A DNA stretch of 64,000 bases from Acidimicrobiales bacterium (GCA_029263175.1 JAJCXZ010000091.1:10699-74698); one strand, 5' to 3'; shown: positions 36,490-46,884, counted from the first letter of the stretch. The notes: generated by a model from the sequence alone, not told the origin. Numbers and translations: made by a program.

Positions 36490-37765
36490 AGTCGAAGGTC
36501 AGTGGCGCGACGGTGCGCTCGAAGCCTTCGGCATTGAAGAGTGCGAACCGCCGGGGGTCCGCCCACCGGGCAACAAGGAGACCTGGGAATGTGCGACGTC
36601 GGTCTTGCAGGATCATGACGGCGTTGTTGTAGTACGTCCGCGTGCCTGCGATTCGATTCTCGGAGTCGGCGAGCTGATGCTGAAGGTCGGACATGGCCTC
36701 ACTCGCCATCAGATCCGGATACGCCTCAACGACTGCGAGGAGTTTCCGGATGCGGTCCGTCTGCTCACGAGCCTCATGATCGGCCTGGGCCACGGTTGTG
36801 GCATTCGGTGCGTCGTCGATCAGCGCCGAACGAACGATCGAGATGCTTTCGAACACCACCCGTTCGTGGTCGGTGGCGGCCCGTGCCACCGACGCCAGCC
36901 GGGGGATCAGGTCATGTCGTCGGGCGAGCTGAATGTCGATGAGACTCCAGGCTCGAGCCGCCTGTTGAACCAGGAGCTGGAGCCGGTTGAACACAACCAC
37001 GGTGATAGCGGCGGTGATGATGGCCATGACCGCGGCCACGCCGGCGATGGCTCCGGGGGTCTCGGCTGCCACCTTTCCGGCGACTCCGGCAAGCCCGATG
37101 GCGGCAAGGAGAAACACCGGCACCAGGAACCCGAGCGTCTGGCGATGCGACTCCTCCGACCGGGTCGAGATCACGAAGGGCGTTCCGCCGGCGATCTGCG
37201 GCTCGACGATGTCGTCGCGCAGCGAGGCCTCGCCAACCACGTACAGGATGTCACCAACGGCGATGAGATTCTCCGTCTCGCGGTACCGGCCCGTGCGATT
37301 GTCCAGCGACAAGAACTTCTGGAGGAAGCCGCGACGATCTTCTTCCTCGAAGGTCTCGCGGTGACTCTGGCGGTCAGTGATTGACGCCCCTTCGACAACG
37401 ATCCGAACCGAGCCGCTGTCGTCGACGAGATCGAAGTGACTGTGCCCGCCGCTCTTGCGATCGAGTGAGTGCCACTCTCGGTACGTCTCGGTTCGGGTGG
37501 AGGTGTGTCCCTCCGCGTCTGTCGACGACACGGTGCGGGTGTGTTCGCGCTCCTCTTCCAGCTCGTAGTCCCAACGAACCGACGGTGTGCGCGTGAGATG
37601 GCTGACGAGTGGTTCGGGGTGCCAGGCCCGGCCCTTTACCTCGTTGCGGCCGGCGTACACCGCCGCCGCCGGGGTGGTGCCGAGATCCGCATAGATCCGC
37701 CGTCGGCGGTCGATCATCCATGCGATGCCCAACATGGCCGCCGCGACGATGATCAGAATCGGCAT
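36464..37765 (-). CDS. Membrane protein fusing an N-terminal GIDE-like domain to a C-terminal LemA domain
   Basis: The ORF is 433 aa. An N-terminal TM helix and a beta-rich segment are followed by central TM helices. The LemA-like tail reads FNRLQLLVQQAARAWSLIDIQLARRHDLIPRL...EAYPDLMASEAMSDLQHQLADSENRIAGTRTYYNNAV. Confidence 0.7.
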   Translation of the reverse strand: MPILIIVAAAMLGIAWMIDRRRRIYADLGTTPAAAVYAGRNEVKGRAWHPEPLVSHLTRTPSVRWDYELEEEREHTRTVSSTDAEGHTSTRTETYREWHSLDRKSGGHSHFDLVDDSGSVRIVVEGASITDRQSHRETFEEEDRRGFLQKFLSLDNRTGRYRETENLIAVGDILYVVGEASLRDDIVEPQIAGGTPFVISTRSEESHRQTLGFLVPVFLLAAIGLAGVAGKVAAETPGAIAGVAAVMAIITAAITVVVFNRLQLLVQQAARAWSLIDIQLARRHDLIPRLASVARAATDHERVVFESISIVRSALIDDAPNATTVAQADHEAREQTDRIRKLLAVVEAYPDLMASEAMSDLQHQLADSENRIAGTRTYYNNAVMILQDRRRTFPGLLVARWADPRRFALFNAEGFERTVAPLTFDFSPKPDSA

Positions 37766-37767
37766 CC

Positions 37768-38088
37768 TCAGCCGGTGACGAAGCTCGCCGACTCGCGCAG
37801 CAGTTCTTCCGCCCGCTCATCACTGAAGCTCGCCACCAGAACCCACTCCCGAAAGACCTTCCCGGCGGGGGCGAAGGACGCTCCCTCGCCGTCGGCGATC
37901 AACTCGTCGACGCGTTCACGAGCAAGCTTCACAACGAGACCCGGGCCTTTGTGATGCGGCATCCCGACGAATTCCTTGCCCGCCCGCACACACGGGCCGC
38001 CCATGAGCGTGCCTTCACTGAGGAGTCCCTCGGCCAGGAGGGGCGCCGCCGCATCCCAGAACGCTTCGTTGCCCGAATCCCTGCTCAC
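37768..38088 (-). CDS. Small TfoX-N-like / unknown-function protein
   Basis: Track ORF 37768..38226 trimmed to GTG 38088, which makes a GTGA overlap with the tetR stop. The family call is tentative. Confidence 0.5.
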   Translation of the reverse strand: MSRDSGNEAFWDAAAPLLAEGLLSEGTLMGGPCVRAGKEFVGMPHHKGPGLVVKLARERVDELIADGEGASFAPAGKVFREWVLVASFSDERAEELLRESASFVTG

Positions 38089-38642
38089 GCGTGCCGCCCA
38101 TTGGCGAGACGCATCGACAGCTTCGATACTCGGTCCCGGAGGTCCTGCAGATCGATTTCGTAGGAGGCGAGACCGCCGATGATCTCGGGCTCGAATGCCC
38201 CCCAACCGAACTGGAGGGCGGCACACAACGCCACCTCGGCGAGAAGATCCTTGTCGGTGGTCTCGCGGCCCTGGGCCTCGGCCTGACCGACGACGATTCG
38301 CTCGAGTAGGTCCTTGACCGGCGAGTCGTCATCCTCGAGTTCGAGCTTCGAGAATGTGCGGTAGCTGGCGGCTTCATCTGAGGTGTTGAGTGGGAGAAGT
38401 CCGGCCACAGCCCATCGGCGCGCCATCTCCTCGGTCGCCTCCGTGACCGCCGCGGCGAACACCGCGTCCTTCGATCCGAAGTAGTGATGGATCAAGCCGT
38501 AGTTGACCCCGGCGGTTTTGGCGAGCTCGCGGCCCGAGATCTGGCGAGGCGAACGCATCGACATCAACTGGAGAGCGGCATCGATCAGCGAACGCCGGAC
38601 CGCCTCGGGCCCACGCACAGAGGAACGGGACTCATCGCTCAT
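38085..38642 (-). CDS. TetR/AcrR family transcriptional regulator
   Basis: Track ORF 38085..38972 trimmed to ATG 38642, which makes an ATGA overlap with the ilvD stop. The HTH reads [27 protein letters not shown]. Confidence 0.85.
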   Translation of the reverse strand: MSDESRSSVRGPEAVRRSLIDAALQLMSMRSPRQISGRELAKTAGVNYGLIHHYFGSKDAVFAAAVTEATEEMARRWAVAGLLPLNTSDEAASYRTFSKLELEDDDSPVKDLLERIVVGQAEAQGRETTDKDLLAEVALCAALQFGWGAFEPEIIGGLASYEIDLQDLRDRVSKLSMRLANGRHA

Positions 38643-40495
38643 CGGTGAATCTGGCTGACGTCGCGTACCGCACCCTTGTCCGCCGATGTGGTCATGGCGG
38701 CATACGCCCGCAGGGCGGCGCTGACCTTCCGGGTGCGGTGCTCGGCCGGTTGCCAGCCATCTGCGCCCTTGGCGTCCATCGCCGCTCGTCGCTGCGCGAG
38801 TTCGTCGTCGGTAATGCGAAGCGAGATCGAACGGTTGGGGATGTCGATGTCGATCATGTCGCCGTCCTGGATGAGGCCGATGGCGCCACCCTCCGCCGCC
38901 TCCGGCGAGGCGTGGCCGATGGAGAGGCCGCTGGTGCCGCCGGAGAATCGGCCGTCGGTCAGGAGCGCGCACTCCTTCCCGAGGCCGCGGCTCTTGATGT
39001 AGCTCGTGGGATAGAGCATCTCCTGCATGCCGGGGCCGCCCTTGGGGCCCTCGTAGCGGATGATGATCACATCACCCGCGTTGATTCGGGACTCATCGAG
39101 AATCCCGTCGCAGGCCGAATCCTGGCTTTCGAACACACGCGCCGGGCCGGAGAAGGAGAAGATCGAGGGGTCGACGCCTGCGGTCTTCACGATGCACCCG
39201 TCCTCGGCGATGTTGCCGAACAGCACGGCGAGTCCGCCGTCCCTGAAGTACGGGTTCTCGCACGTGCGGATGCAGCCGCCTTCACGGTCGGTGTCGAGCG
39301 TGTCCCACCGCGTGCTCTGGCTGAAGGCGGTCTGGGTCGGGATCCCGGCCGGGCCGGCGCGGAAGAACTCGGCCACCTCGGCCGAGGGGTCGCGCATGAT
39401 GTCCCACTGATCGAGCGCGGCCGCCATGGTTTCGCTGTGGATGGTGGGGAGCGAGGTGTCGAGCAGTCCGCCGCGGTCGAGTTCGCCGAGAATGGCCATG
39501 ATGCCGCCCGCCCGATGGACGTCCTCCACGTGGTATTCGGGAGTCGACGGCGCCACCTTGCAGATGGCCGGGGTCGTGCGGCTCAGTCGATCGATGTCGG
39601 CCATCGTGAAGTCGATCTCGCCTTCGCGGGCCATGGCGAGGATGTGCAGCACCGTGTTGGTGGATCCGCCCATCGCGATGTCGAGGGTCATCGCGTTCTC
39701 GAACGCGGCCTTGCTGCAGATCGAGCGGGGGAGGACCGAGTAGTCGTCTTTCTCGTAGTGCTTGCGGGCGATGTCGACGATGCGGCGGCCGGCTTCGAGG
39801 AAAAGATGCTCGCGGTCGCTGTGGGTGGCCACGACGGTGCCGTTTCCGGGAAGCGACAGGCCGAGCGCTTCGGTGAGGCAGTTCATCGAGTTGGCCGTGA
39901 ACATGCCGGAGCAGGACCCGCAGGTCGGGCAGGCCGAGCGCTCCATTTGGAGCACGTCTTCATCACTGACCGAGGTATCGCCGGCCTTGATCATGGGATC
40001 GATCAGGTCGAGCTTCACCTCGACACCGGCGAGGCGGGTCTTGCCGGCTTCCATCGGTCCGCCGGTGACGAAGATCGTCGGGATGTTGAGCCGCATCGTG
40101 GCCATCAACATGCCGGGGGTGATCTTGTCGCAATTGGAAATGCAGACGAGTGCGTCGGCGCAATGCGCGTTGACCATGTATTCGACGCTGTCGGCGATGA
40201 GGTCACGCGACGGAAGGCTGTAGAGCATCCCGTCGTGGCCCATGGCAATGCCGTCATCGACGGCGATGGTGTTGAACTCTTTGGCGATGCCACCGGCCGC
40301 CTCGATTTCACGAGCAACGAGCTGACCGAGGTCTTTCAGATGCACGTGACCGGGCACGAACTGGGTGAAGGAGTTGGAGATTGCAATGATCGGCTTTTCG
40401 AAGTCGTCATCGGTCATTCCCGTGGCGCGCCAGAGCGCTCGGGCTCCGGCCATGTTGCGGCCTTGGGTGGTGGTGCGGGAGCGGTACTCAGGCAT
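38639..40495 (-). CDS. ilvD: Dihydroxy-acid dehydratase
   Basis: The ORF is 618 aa. [27 protein letters not shown]...[11 protein letters not shown]...[16 protein letters not shown] is diagnostic. Confidence 0.97.
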   Translation of the reverse strand: MPEYRSRTTTQGRNMAGARALWRATGMTDDDFEKPIIAISNSFTQFVPGHVHLKDLGQLVAREIEAAGGIAKEFNTIAVDDGIAMGHDGMLYSLPSRDLIADSVEYMVNAHCADALVCISNCDKITPGMLMATMRLNIPTIFVTGGPMEAGKTRLAGVEVKLDLIDPMIKAGDTSVSDEDVLQMERSACPTCGSCSGMFTANSMNCLTEALGLSLPGNGTVVATHSDREHLFLEAGRRIVDIARKHYEKDDYSVLPRSICSKAAFENAMTLDIAMGGSTNTVLHILAMAREGEIDFTMADIDRLSRTTPAICKVAPSTPEYHVEDVHRAGGIMAILGELDRGGLLDTSLPTIHSETMAAALDQWDIMRDPSAEVAEFFRAGPAGIPTQTAFSQSTRWDTLDTDREGGCIRTCENPYFRDGGLAVLFGNIAEDGCIVKTAGVDPSIFSFSGPARVFESQDSACDGILDESRINAGDVIIIRYEGPKGGPGMQEMLYPTSYIKSRGLGKECALLTDGRFSGGTSGLSIGHASPEAAEGGAIGLIQDGDMIDIDIPNRSISLRITDDELAQRRAAMDAKGADGWQPAEHRTRKVSAALRAYAAMTTSADKGAVRDVSQIHR

Positions 40496-40553
40496 GGATT
40501 CAGCCTAGGTCTGATTTAGCCAGCGGGCAGATTCCTGCCGATAGGGTGCCGCG

Positions 40554-41018
40554 ATGCTTCTCGCAGCCGTTGGCGACACGCCATACAACATCATGCTTTT
40601 GCTCCACATCCTTGCGTTTGTGGTTGCACTCGCCCCGGCGTTCGTCGGGCGCACGATCAACGCCGGCACTCAAGGCAACTCGGCCCGCAGTTCCGTCTAT
40701 GAAGCCATCGCCAAGAACTCCATGCGGATTCATGGCTCGGCGCTGGTCGTCGGTGGTCTGTTGGGCTTTGGTGTCGCCGGGATGTCCAAGGACCTGAACG
40801 ACGAGCTGGTGTATGAGGTCAAGGATGGCTGGCTCATTGCCGCCGTCGTTGTCTGGATCGCCATGAACGGCGTGCTCCACGCCATGGTAATGCCCGGTGA
40901 GAAGGCGGTCGCCGCCGGCGATGAATCCGCTACCGGCAGAATGCTCCTCGGCAGCCAGGTGCTCAGCGGGCTGTTTCTCGTGAGTCTCTACCTGATGATC
41001 TTCAAGCCCGGCGCCTGA
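40554..41018 (+). CDS. Integral membrane protein of unknown function (4 predicted TM helices)
   Basis: The ORF is 154 aa with hydrophobic helices. No family was recognised. Confidence 0.65.
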   Translation: MLLAAVGDTPYNIMLLLHILAFVVALAPAFVGRTINAGTQGNSARSSVYEAIAKNSMRIHGSALVVGGLLGFGVAGMSKDLNDELVYEVKDGWLIAAVVVWIAMNGVLHAMVMPGEKAVAAGDESATGRMLLGSQVLSGLFLVSLYLMIFKPGA

Positions 41019-41064
41019 TCAAGCGGGTTCTGGGCCGATGACACGCCAGGGATAGGGTCGAGCG

Positions 41065-42162
41065 ATGTTCGCACCGTTTCGACTCCTCGCCACGCTGCGA
41101 GGCACGGTCGAAACAGGCCTCGTTCTTGCCACGGCTGTCGCCACGACGACCTTCGTGGCGACTCCGCTGATCCTTCCGTCCATCTCGGAGCGCTTCGACA
41201 TCGGAACAGGTCGAGCCGGCGCGTTCTCGGCAGCCCAGCTCGGGGCGTTTGTGATTGGATCATGGACGTCAGGACGACTCGTCGAGCCCAGCCGCCGGTT
41301 GTTCGTGTTGTCGCTGGTTGTCCTGGCATCGGCGAACGTGGCCAGCACCGAGGTTTCATCGTTTTGGGCCTTTGTCAGCGCCCGCGGGGTTGCCGGCCTC
41401 GCCCTCGGTGTCCTGACCTGGTTGGCCTACTCACAGGTCTTCGGCGACTCCGACCGCACGGGCGACATCGCGGTCATCGGTCCGCTCACCGGCGTCGCCG
41501 CGGCACCACTACTCGGGGTGGTTCTGGCGGCGGCTGATGACCAGGCGGTCTTCTGGCTTCTTGCCGGACTGGCGCTCATCCCACTGGTGGCCATCCCGCA
41601 GTTCGTCACGCCGCCGCCGAAGGAGACGAGTCGAACCCGAGCGGTGCCCCAGGCCTTCGTCCTCATCGCCGCGCTCGGCTTCGTGATGTTCGGAGGGTCG
41701 GCGGTCTTCGTGTATGTCGGCGCCATGGGTGTCGAGCAATACGGGTTGGATCCGTTTGTGATCTCCCTCGTGTTCTCCGCCAACGCCGCCGCAGGAATTC
41801 CGTCGGCTCGGTGGCGAGGACGGCGACCACTTGCCGGTGCCTGGATGCTGCTCCCGGCTGTCTTCGCCGGGATGCTCGGCTTCTTGGATCAGCCGTCGGT
41901 GTTCTGGGTTCTCATCACCGCCTGGGGGTTCTGCTTCTGGATGTCGGTTCCAGGCATCTATGCGTTGTTGGCCGAGCGATCGAGGCATCCGTCCGAACGG
42001 GCCGGTGATGCCCAGGCCGCCATGGCGGCGGGACGTTCACTCGGTCCCCTCCTCGGTGGAGGGTTGGTGGGTGCCGGCGGATTCGAGCTGTTGGGTGCGT
42101 TTGGTGGCGCTGTCATCGCTGCCGCTGCGCTGACGATCGTGGTCGTGGAACTACGGCACTAG
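41065..42162 (+). CDS. MFS transporter
   Basis: The ORF is 365 aa with about 10-12 hydrophobic helices and an MFS-like layout. Confidence 0.75.
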   Translation: MFAPFRLLATLRGTVETGLVLATAVATTTFVATPLILPSISERFDIGTGRAGAFSAAQLGAFVIGSWTSGRLVEPSRRLFVLSLVVLASANVASTEVSSFWAFVSARGVAGLALGVLTWLAYSQVFGDSDRTGDIAVIGPLTGVAAAPLLGVVLAAADDQAVFWLLAGLALIPLVAIPQFVTPPPKETSRTRAVPQAFVLIAALGFVMFGGSAVFVYVGAMGVEQYGLDPFVISLVFSANAAAGIPSARWRGRRPLAGAWMLLPAVFAGMLGFLDQPSVFWVLITAWGFCFWMSVPGIYALLAERSRHPSERAGDAQAAMAAGRSLGPLLGGGLVGAGGFELLGAFGGAVIAAAALTIVVVELRH

Positions 42163-42182
42163 GCGAGCGCTAACGTCGCGTC

Positions 42183-43196
42183 ATGCCGAGCCTCAAGGAA
42201 GATCCCGTCATTTTGGAGCTCGACGGCGTCGAGGCGCGGGTCACGAGTCCAAGCAAGGTGTTCTTCCCCAAGCGCGGGGAAACCAAGCTCGATCTCGTCA
42301 ACTACTACCTGGCGGTGGGCGAGCCCTTCCTGCGAGCCGTCGGTGGACGCCCGCTTCTGATGGAGCGCTACCCGGACGGCGCTCGCGGCAAGTCGTTCTT
42401 CCAGAAACGGGTGCCCAAGGGTGCGCCGGCATGGCTTCGGACAGTGACCGTGAGCACACCAAACGGCACGACCTCAAACGCTCTCGTCGCGGCAGACATG
42501 GCCCACATCGTGTGGGCCGTGAACATGGGCTGTCTCGGCTTTCACGTGTGGCCGAATCGGGCCGCCGCCCCGAGCATCACCGACGAGATGCGCATCGACC
42601 TCGACCCCCAGCCGGGCACGAACTTCGAACACATTCGCGAGTCGGCCTACGAGGTCAAGGCCGTACTGGATGAGCTCGGCATCCTCAGCTTCCCGAAGAC
42701 GTCGGGGAGCAAGGGCATCCACATCCACGTTCGGTTGCAGACAAGGTGGGACGGGATGGCCGTGCGTTATGCGGCAGTGGCCCTCGCTCGCGAGATGCAA
42801 CGGCGGCGTCCCGACCTGTTGACCTGTGAGTGGTGGAAGGAAGATCGTGGCGAACGAGTCTTCGTCGACTTCAACCAGAACGCGCCGCACAAGACGATGT
42901 TCGGCGCCTGGTCGGTGCGCCCACGCGTCGGTGCCCAGGTCTCCACGCCGATCACATGGGACGAGGTGGCCACGGTTCAACACGAGGAGCTCACGATTGC
43001 CACGGTGCCCGCCAAGCTCGCGGCTGACGGCGACGCATGGGCAGCCATCGACGACGACCTTCAATCATTGGCCCCGTTGCTCGAGTGGCACGACCGCGAC
43101 TGGGCCAACGGGCTTCCGGATGCTCCCTGGCCACCCGTGTACCCCAAGATGCCCAACGAGCCGCCGCGGGTGGCTGCAAGTCGCGCCAAGTCCTAG
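42183..43196 (+). CDS. Stand-alone LigD-type NHEJ polymerase/primase domain protein
   Basis: The ORF is 337 aa with KVFFPKRGETKLDLVNYY, RYPDGARGKSFFQKR, DEMRIDLDP, KTSGSKGIHIHV and RVFVDFNQNAPHKT, which are archaeo-eukaryotic primase motifs. No ligase or Ku gene is adjacent. Confidence 0.85.
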   Translation: MPSLKEDPVILELDGVEARVTSPSKVFFPKRGETKLDLVNYYLAVGEPFLRAVGGRPLLMERYPDGARGKSFFQKRVPKGAPAWLRTVTVSTPNGTTSNALVAADMAHIVWAVNMGCLGFHVWPNRAAAPSITDEMRIDLDPQPGTNFEHIRESAYEVKAVLDELGILSFPKTSGSKGIHIHVRLQTRWDGMAVRYAAVALAREMQRRRPDLLTCEWWKEDRGERVFVDFNQNAPHKTMFGAWSVRPRVGAQVSTPITWDEVATVQHEELTIATVPAKLAADGDAWAAIDDDLQSLAPLLEWHDRDWANGLPDAPWPPVYPKMPNEPPRVAASRAKS

Positions 43197-44146
43197 TCGA
43201 CTGATTCCTGCGCCCAGAGGGCGGCACCGAGGGCGCCGGCGTCGTCCCCGAGCTCGGCGAGAACGACCGCGACAGACGGGCGGTACTGCCCACCGAGGAT
43301 CAGTTCGTCCAGATGGCCGGAGACCCCGGTCCGAAGCGGTTCGCCGACGCTCACCAGTCCACCGCCGAGGACAATGCGTTCTGGGTCGAAGATCAGGACG
43401 AGGTTCGCCAGGCCCAATGCGACGTGGCCGCAGAACTCGGCGAACACTTCTTCCGCGTTGTGGTCGCCGCGGCCGAGCGCTTCCGCCACGGTGAACCCAG
43501 TGATGTCGGCCGGCGAGCCGGCATCGGCGAGAGCGGCAGGGAACCTCCCAACCTCGGCGGCGGCACGGCCGAGCCGCCCGAGTCCGTCGCCGGAGGCGAA
43601 GTATTCCCACGGACCCCGCTGACCCGTGTGATGGATCGGGCCGTGGGCATCGACGACCATGTGGCCCGACTCGCCGGCGAAACCGTTGTGTCCGCCGAGC
43701 AAGCGACCGCCGCAGACAAAGCCAGTACCGATACCGGTGCCGAGCGTGACCAGGATGAAGTCATCGCTGCCTCGACCCGCACCGAGTCGCGCTTCAGCCC
43801 ACGCGCCCGCCGATGCGTCGTTCATGATCTCGACCGGCACGCCGAGTCGTTCGGCCAGTTCCGGGCCGACCGGGTACTCGAGCACGCCCGGAAGATTCGG
43901 GGAGAAGTGCACGACTCCCGAACGATGGGCGAGGCCGGCCACGCCACAACCGACAGCCGACAGGCTGCATGAGTTGCGGGTGACGAGGCGCTCAGCCATC
44001 TGCGCCAGCGTGGCGACGAGGTCCTCGCCGCTTCCCCTGCTCGGCTCGCGGTCACGGTCAACGACGTCGCCTGTCGCAGCGTCGATCAATAGTGCTCGTG
44101 CGTTCGTTCCGCCGACGTCGAATCCCAGCAGCATCGTGGGCAACAC
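43193..44146 (-). CDS. ROK family sugar kinase (glucokinase-like)
   Basis: The ORF is 317 aa with LGFDVGGTNARALL, ND.SAGAWAE, GTGIGTGFV and GHNGFAGESGHM. Confidence 0.9.
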   Translation of the reverse strand: MLPTMLLGFDVGGTNARALLIDAATGDVVDRDREPSRGSGEDLVATLAQMAERLVTRNSCSLSAVGCGVAGLAHRSGVVHFSPNLPGVLEYPVGPELAERLGVPVEIMNDASAGAWAEARLGAGRGSDDFILVTLGTGIGTGFVCGGRLLGGHNGFAGESGHMVVDAHGPIHHTGQRGPWEYFASGDGLGRLGRAAAEVGRFPAALADAGSPADITGFTVAEALGRGDHNAEEVFAEFCGHVALGLANLVLIFDPERIVLGGGLVSVGEPLRTGVSGHLDELILGGQYRPSVAVVLAELGDDAGALGAALWAQESVD

Positions 44147-44180
44147 TACGATCCTGCAATCGCACTGGAGAGGACCATCG

Positions 44181-45104
44181 ATGGCTGAACGGATCTATGT
44201 CGACCGCGAGCTGCCCCCGTACCTGACTGAACTCTTCGGCTCCGATTGGGAGGTGGTCGGGCCCGACGAGTCTCTTTTGCCGAGCTGCCGTGCTGCGATC
44301 GCCGGGTCGGCCCCATGGGACGTCGATCGGATCGCCCGGGCAACGTCGATCGAAGTGATCTCACGAAGCGGGATCGGCTACGACACCGTGGATCTGGACG
44401 CCGCCACCACCGCTGGCATCGTGGTGTGCAACACGCCGGATGCGCCGACCATCTCCACTGTCGAGCACACGATGAGCCTGCTGCTCGCAGCCACCAAGTT
44501 CACGGCCAGCAACACAGCTCGGCTACGGGCCGGGCGGCAGGATTTCTATGCAGCCAACGAGGCGATCGAGCTCTCCGGGCTGACGATCGGCGTCGTGGGT
44601 CATGGCCGGATCGGTAGCCGCGTCGCCAGGATCGTGGCAGCGATGGACATGCAGGTGATCGTCTGTGACCCCTATGTCGAGGTCACGGCGCATGAACAGG
44701 TCGACTTCGCCACGGTGCTCTCTGAGAGCCACGTGATCACGATGCACACTCCACTGACCGATGAGACTCGGAACCTGCTCGACGCGTCTGCCTTTGCCGC
44801 AATGAGGGATGGAGTGGTGATCATCAACGCCGCTCGAGGTGGTGTGATCGACACTGACGCGCTGGCCGACGCGCTCGACTCGGGCAAGGTCTACGCGGCC
44901 GGGCTGGATGTCACCGCTCCTGAGCCGCTGAACCCGAGCCACACCCTGCTCAACCGTGACAACGTCGTGGTGACCCCCCATGTTGCGTCCGCAACCGACA
45001 AGGGTCGGGTTCGGATGTACTCCGGAGCCATCGAAAATGCCCGCCAAGTTCTGGCCGGCCAGCGGCCGATCAATGTGGTGAATCCAGACGTCTATCCGGT
45101 GTGA
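44181..45104 (+). CDS. D-isomer-specific 2-hydroxyacid dehydrogenase (PGDH-like)
   Basis: Track ORF 43659..45104 trimmed to ATG 44181 (MAERIYVDRELPP...). It has the NAD motif GVVGHGRIGSRVA, then INAARGGVID and VVTPHVAS. Confidence 0.9.
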   Translation: MAERIYVDRELPPYLTELFGSDWEVVGPDESLLPSCRAAIAGSAPWDVDRIARATSIEVISRSGIGYDTVDLDAATTAGIVVCNTPDAPTISTVEHTMSLLLAATKFTASNTARLRAGRQDFYAANEAIELSGLTIGVVGHGRIGSRVARIVAAMDMQVIVCDPYVEVTAHEQVDFATVLSESHVITMHTPLTDETRNLLDASAFAAMRDGVVIINAARGGVIDTDALADALDSGKVYAAGLDVTAPEPLNPSHTLLNRDNVVVTPHVASATDKGRVRMYSGAIENARQVLAGQRPINVVNPDVYPV

Positions 45105-45370
45105 TCGCTGACCCCCTCGCCAGGTGAGGGATCGGGGCGAAATGCCCGACAATGGAAGGCGTGGAAGCCTCGATCTCCCCCTTGGTTCGACAGTTGGAAG
45201 GTGTCGGCGGTTTGTCGCGTCAAGGCGTCATTGCAAATCGGGATCGGGCTTCAGGCCTTCGAGGATCACCGTGTCGGCCGAGAACTCCGGCTGTTCGCCG
45301 TTTCGACCAAGAGCGAGCAAGGAGCCTGCTCGTCTGGCAGGATTCGGTCGAACACGAGGGGGATTTCACC

Positions 45371-45784
45371 ATGAGCGGAATGAACATCCGGGATCACGAG
45401 CTGTTTGCGGGGCTTGGCAAGAAGGAACTCCGAGAGGTCGAACGGCTCTCAACGCCGATCTCCATCTCGGCCGGGCGGAAGGTGACCGTCGAGGGAACCC
45501 GCGGCCGCGAGTGCTTCGTGGTCATGAACGGCACCGTCGAGGTTGCCCGCCACGGCGAGAAGGTTGCCGAGATCGGGCCCGGGGGACTCGTGGGCGAGAT
45601 TGCCCTCCTCGACACGTCGGACCACACCCGCACCGCCACGGCAACCGCCTTGACCGACGCTGATGTGCTGGTGTTCTCCGCCGACGAGTTCCGGACACTG
45701 ATCACCCAACACCCGACGATCGCCGAGCGGATTGAGCGGACCGCTGTGCAGCGTCTGATCGACGACCTCTCCGCCGAGGATTAA
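45371..45784 (+). CDS. Stand-alone cyclic-nucleotide-binding (CAP-effector) domain protein
   Basis: Track ORF 45152..45784 trimmed to ATG 45371, preceded by GAGGGGGA. It has the phosphate-binding-cassette-like GPGGLVGEIALLD..HTRTATATA and the preceding beta-roll pattern. Confidence 0.75.
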   Translation: MSGMNIRDHELFAGLGKKELREVERLSTPISISAGRKVTVEGTRGRECFVVMNGTVEVARHGEKVAEIGPGGLVGEIALLDTSDHTRTATATALTDADVLVFSADEFRTLITQHPTIAERIERTAVQRLIDDLSAED

Positions 45785-46797
45785 CCGGCTACGAGTTCGG
45801 AGAACGTGCGGATCGTTGTCTCGACCTCGTCTTTGCTGACGTCGAGATGGCACACGAGCCTCGCCAACGAGCGGCGCGGGCCCGTCGTGATCATGGTCTG
45901 CACCCCGCGCTCGAGCAGCTGATCCTGAAGGGTCGGCTCGTCGCCGTCGACCTCGATGAACACCATGTTGGTGGCTTGATCCACCACCGTGATTCCGTCG
46001 ATGTTGCCGAGACCCTCGGCGAGGCGGGCGGCGTTGGCGTGATCGTCGGCCAACCGCTCGACATGATGGTCGAGGGCATGGAGCCCGGCGGCCGCGAGCA
46101 CGCCCGCTTGGCGCATCGCTCCACCGGTCATCTTGCGCCATTTGTGGGCCTCATGGATGAGCTCGGCGGGTCCGCTCAGCACTGAGCCGACCGGTGCGCC
46201 GAGTCCCTTCGACAAACACATCGAGACAGTGTCGAACTCGGAGGTGAACTCCTCGGCCGAGATGCCGAGGGCGACCACGCCGTTCCACATCCGTGCGCCG
46301 TCGAGGTGGATCGACAGGTTGTGCTTACGGCCGACGAGCGTGGCCTCACGCATCCGGTCGACTGACTGCACGTGGCCGTCCTTGGTGTTCTCCAGGCAGA
46401 GAAGCCTGGTGCGAGCAAAGTGATGGTCGTCGGGTTTCACCGATGCGTCGACGATGTCGGGGTCGATCAGACCGTCAGCGTGCATCGGGATCGGCTGGGG
46501 TTGGATGCCGCCGAGCACGGCGGCGCCGCCGCCTTCCCAGCGATAGGCATGAGCCATGTCGCCGACGATGTATTCGTCGCCGCGACCGCAGTGGGCGAGC
46601 AGCGCGCACAGGTTCGACTGAGTGCCACTGCTGACAAACAGAGCGGCCTCTTTCCCCAGTCGTTCGGCCACCGTGTCTTGCAACAAGTTGACGGTCGGGT
46701 CGTCACCGAAGACGTCATCGCCCACCTCCGCGCTCGCCATTGCAGCGCGCATGGCGTCGGTCGGACGGGTCACGGTGTCAGAACGGAGATCGATCAC
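45781..46797 (-). CDS. ltaE: Low-specificity L-threonine aldolase
   Basis: The ORF is 338 aa. [40 protein letters not shown] is diagnostic of the family, and the PLP lysine context is [12 protein letters not shown]. Confidence 0.9.
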   Translation of the reverse strand: MIDLRSDTVTRPTDAMRAAMASAEVGDDVFGDDPTVNLLQDTVAERLGKEAALFVSSGTQSNLCALLAHCGRGDEYIVGDMAHAYRWEGGGAAVLGGIQPQPIPMHADGLIDPDIVDASVKPDDHHFARTRLLCLENTKDGHVQSVDRMREATLVGRKHNLSIHLDGARMWNGVVALGISAEEFTSEFDTVSMCLSKGLGAPVGSVLSGPAELIHEAHKWRKMTGGAMRQAGVLAAAGLHALDHHVERLADDHANAARLAEGLGNIDGITVVDQATNMVFIEVDGDEPTLQDQLLERGVQTMITTGPRRSLARLVCHLDVSKDEVETTIRTFSELVAG

Positions 46798-46819
46798 CTG
46801 CCCATTGTGGCCTACCCCG

Positions 46820-46884
46820 CGGGCTTTTCTGCCACCTGCCGCACAGTTGGCGAGCGCGAGGTGGCAGAGATCGCCGGTTGGGGA
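46820..46884 (+). repeat. ~65-nt structured interspersed repeat, copy A
   Basis: CGGGCTTTTCTGCCACCTGCCGCACAGTTGGCGAGCGCGAGGTGGCAGAGATCGCCGGTTGGGG. It aligns with the copies at 47835 and 59075, all in the same orientation. Confidence 0.85.

Noticed and set aside
38645-40519. 624-aa plus-strand ORF
   Set aside because: It is fully antisense to ilvD, whose translation is unmistakable. Its own translation is Gly/Ala/Arg-rich with no motifs, a typical shadow ORF in GC-rich DNA.
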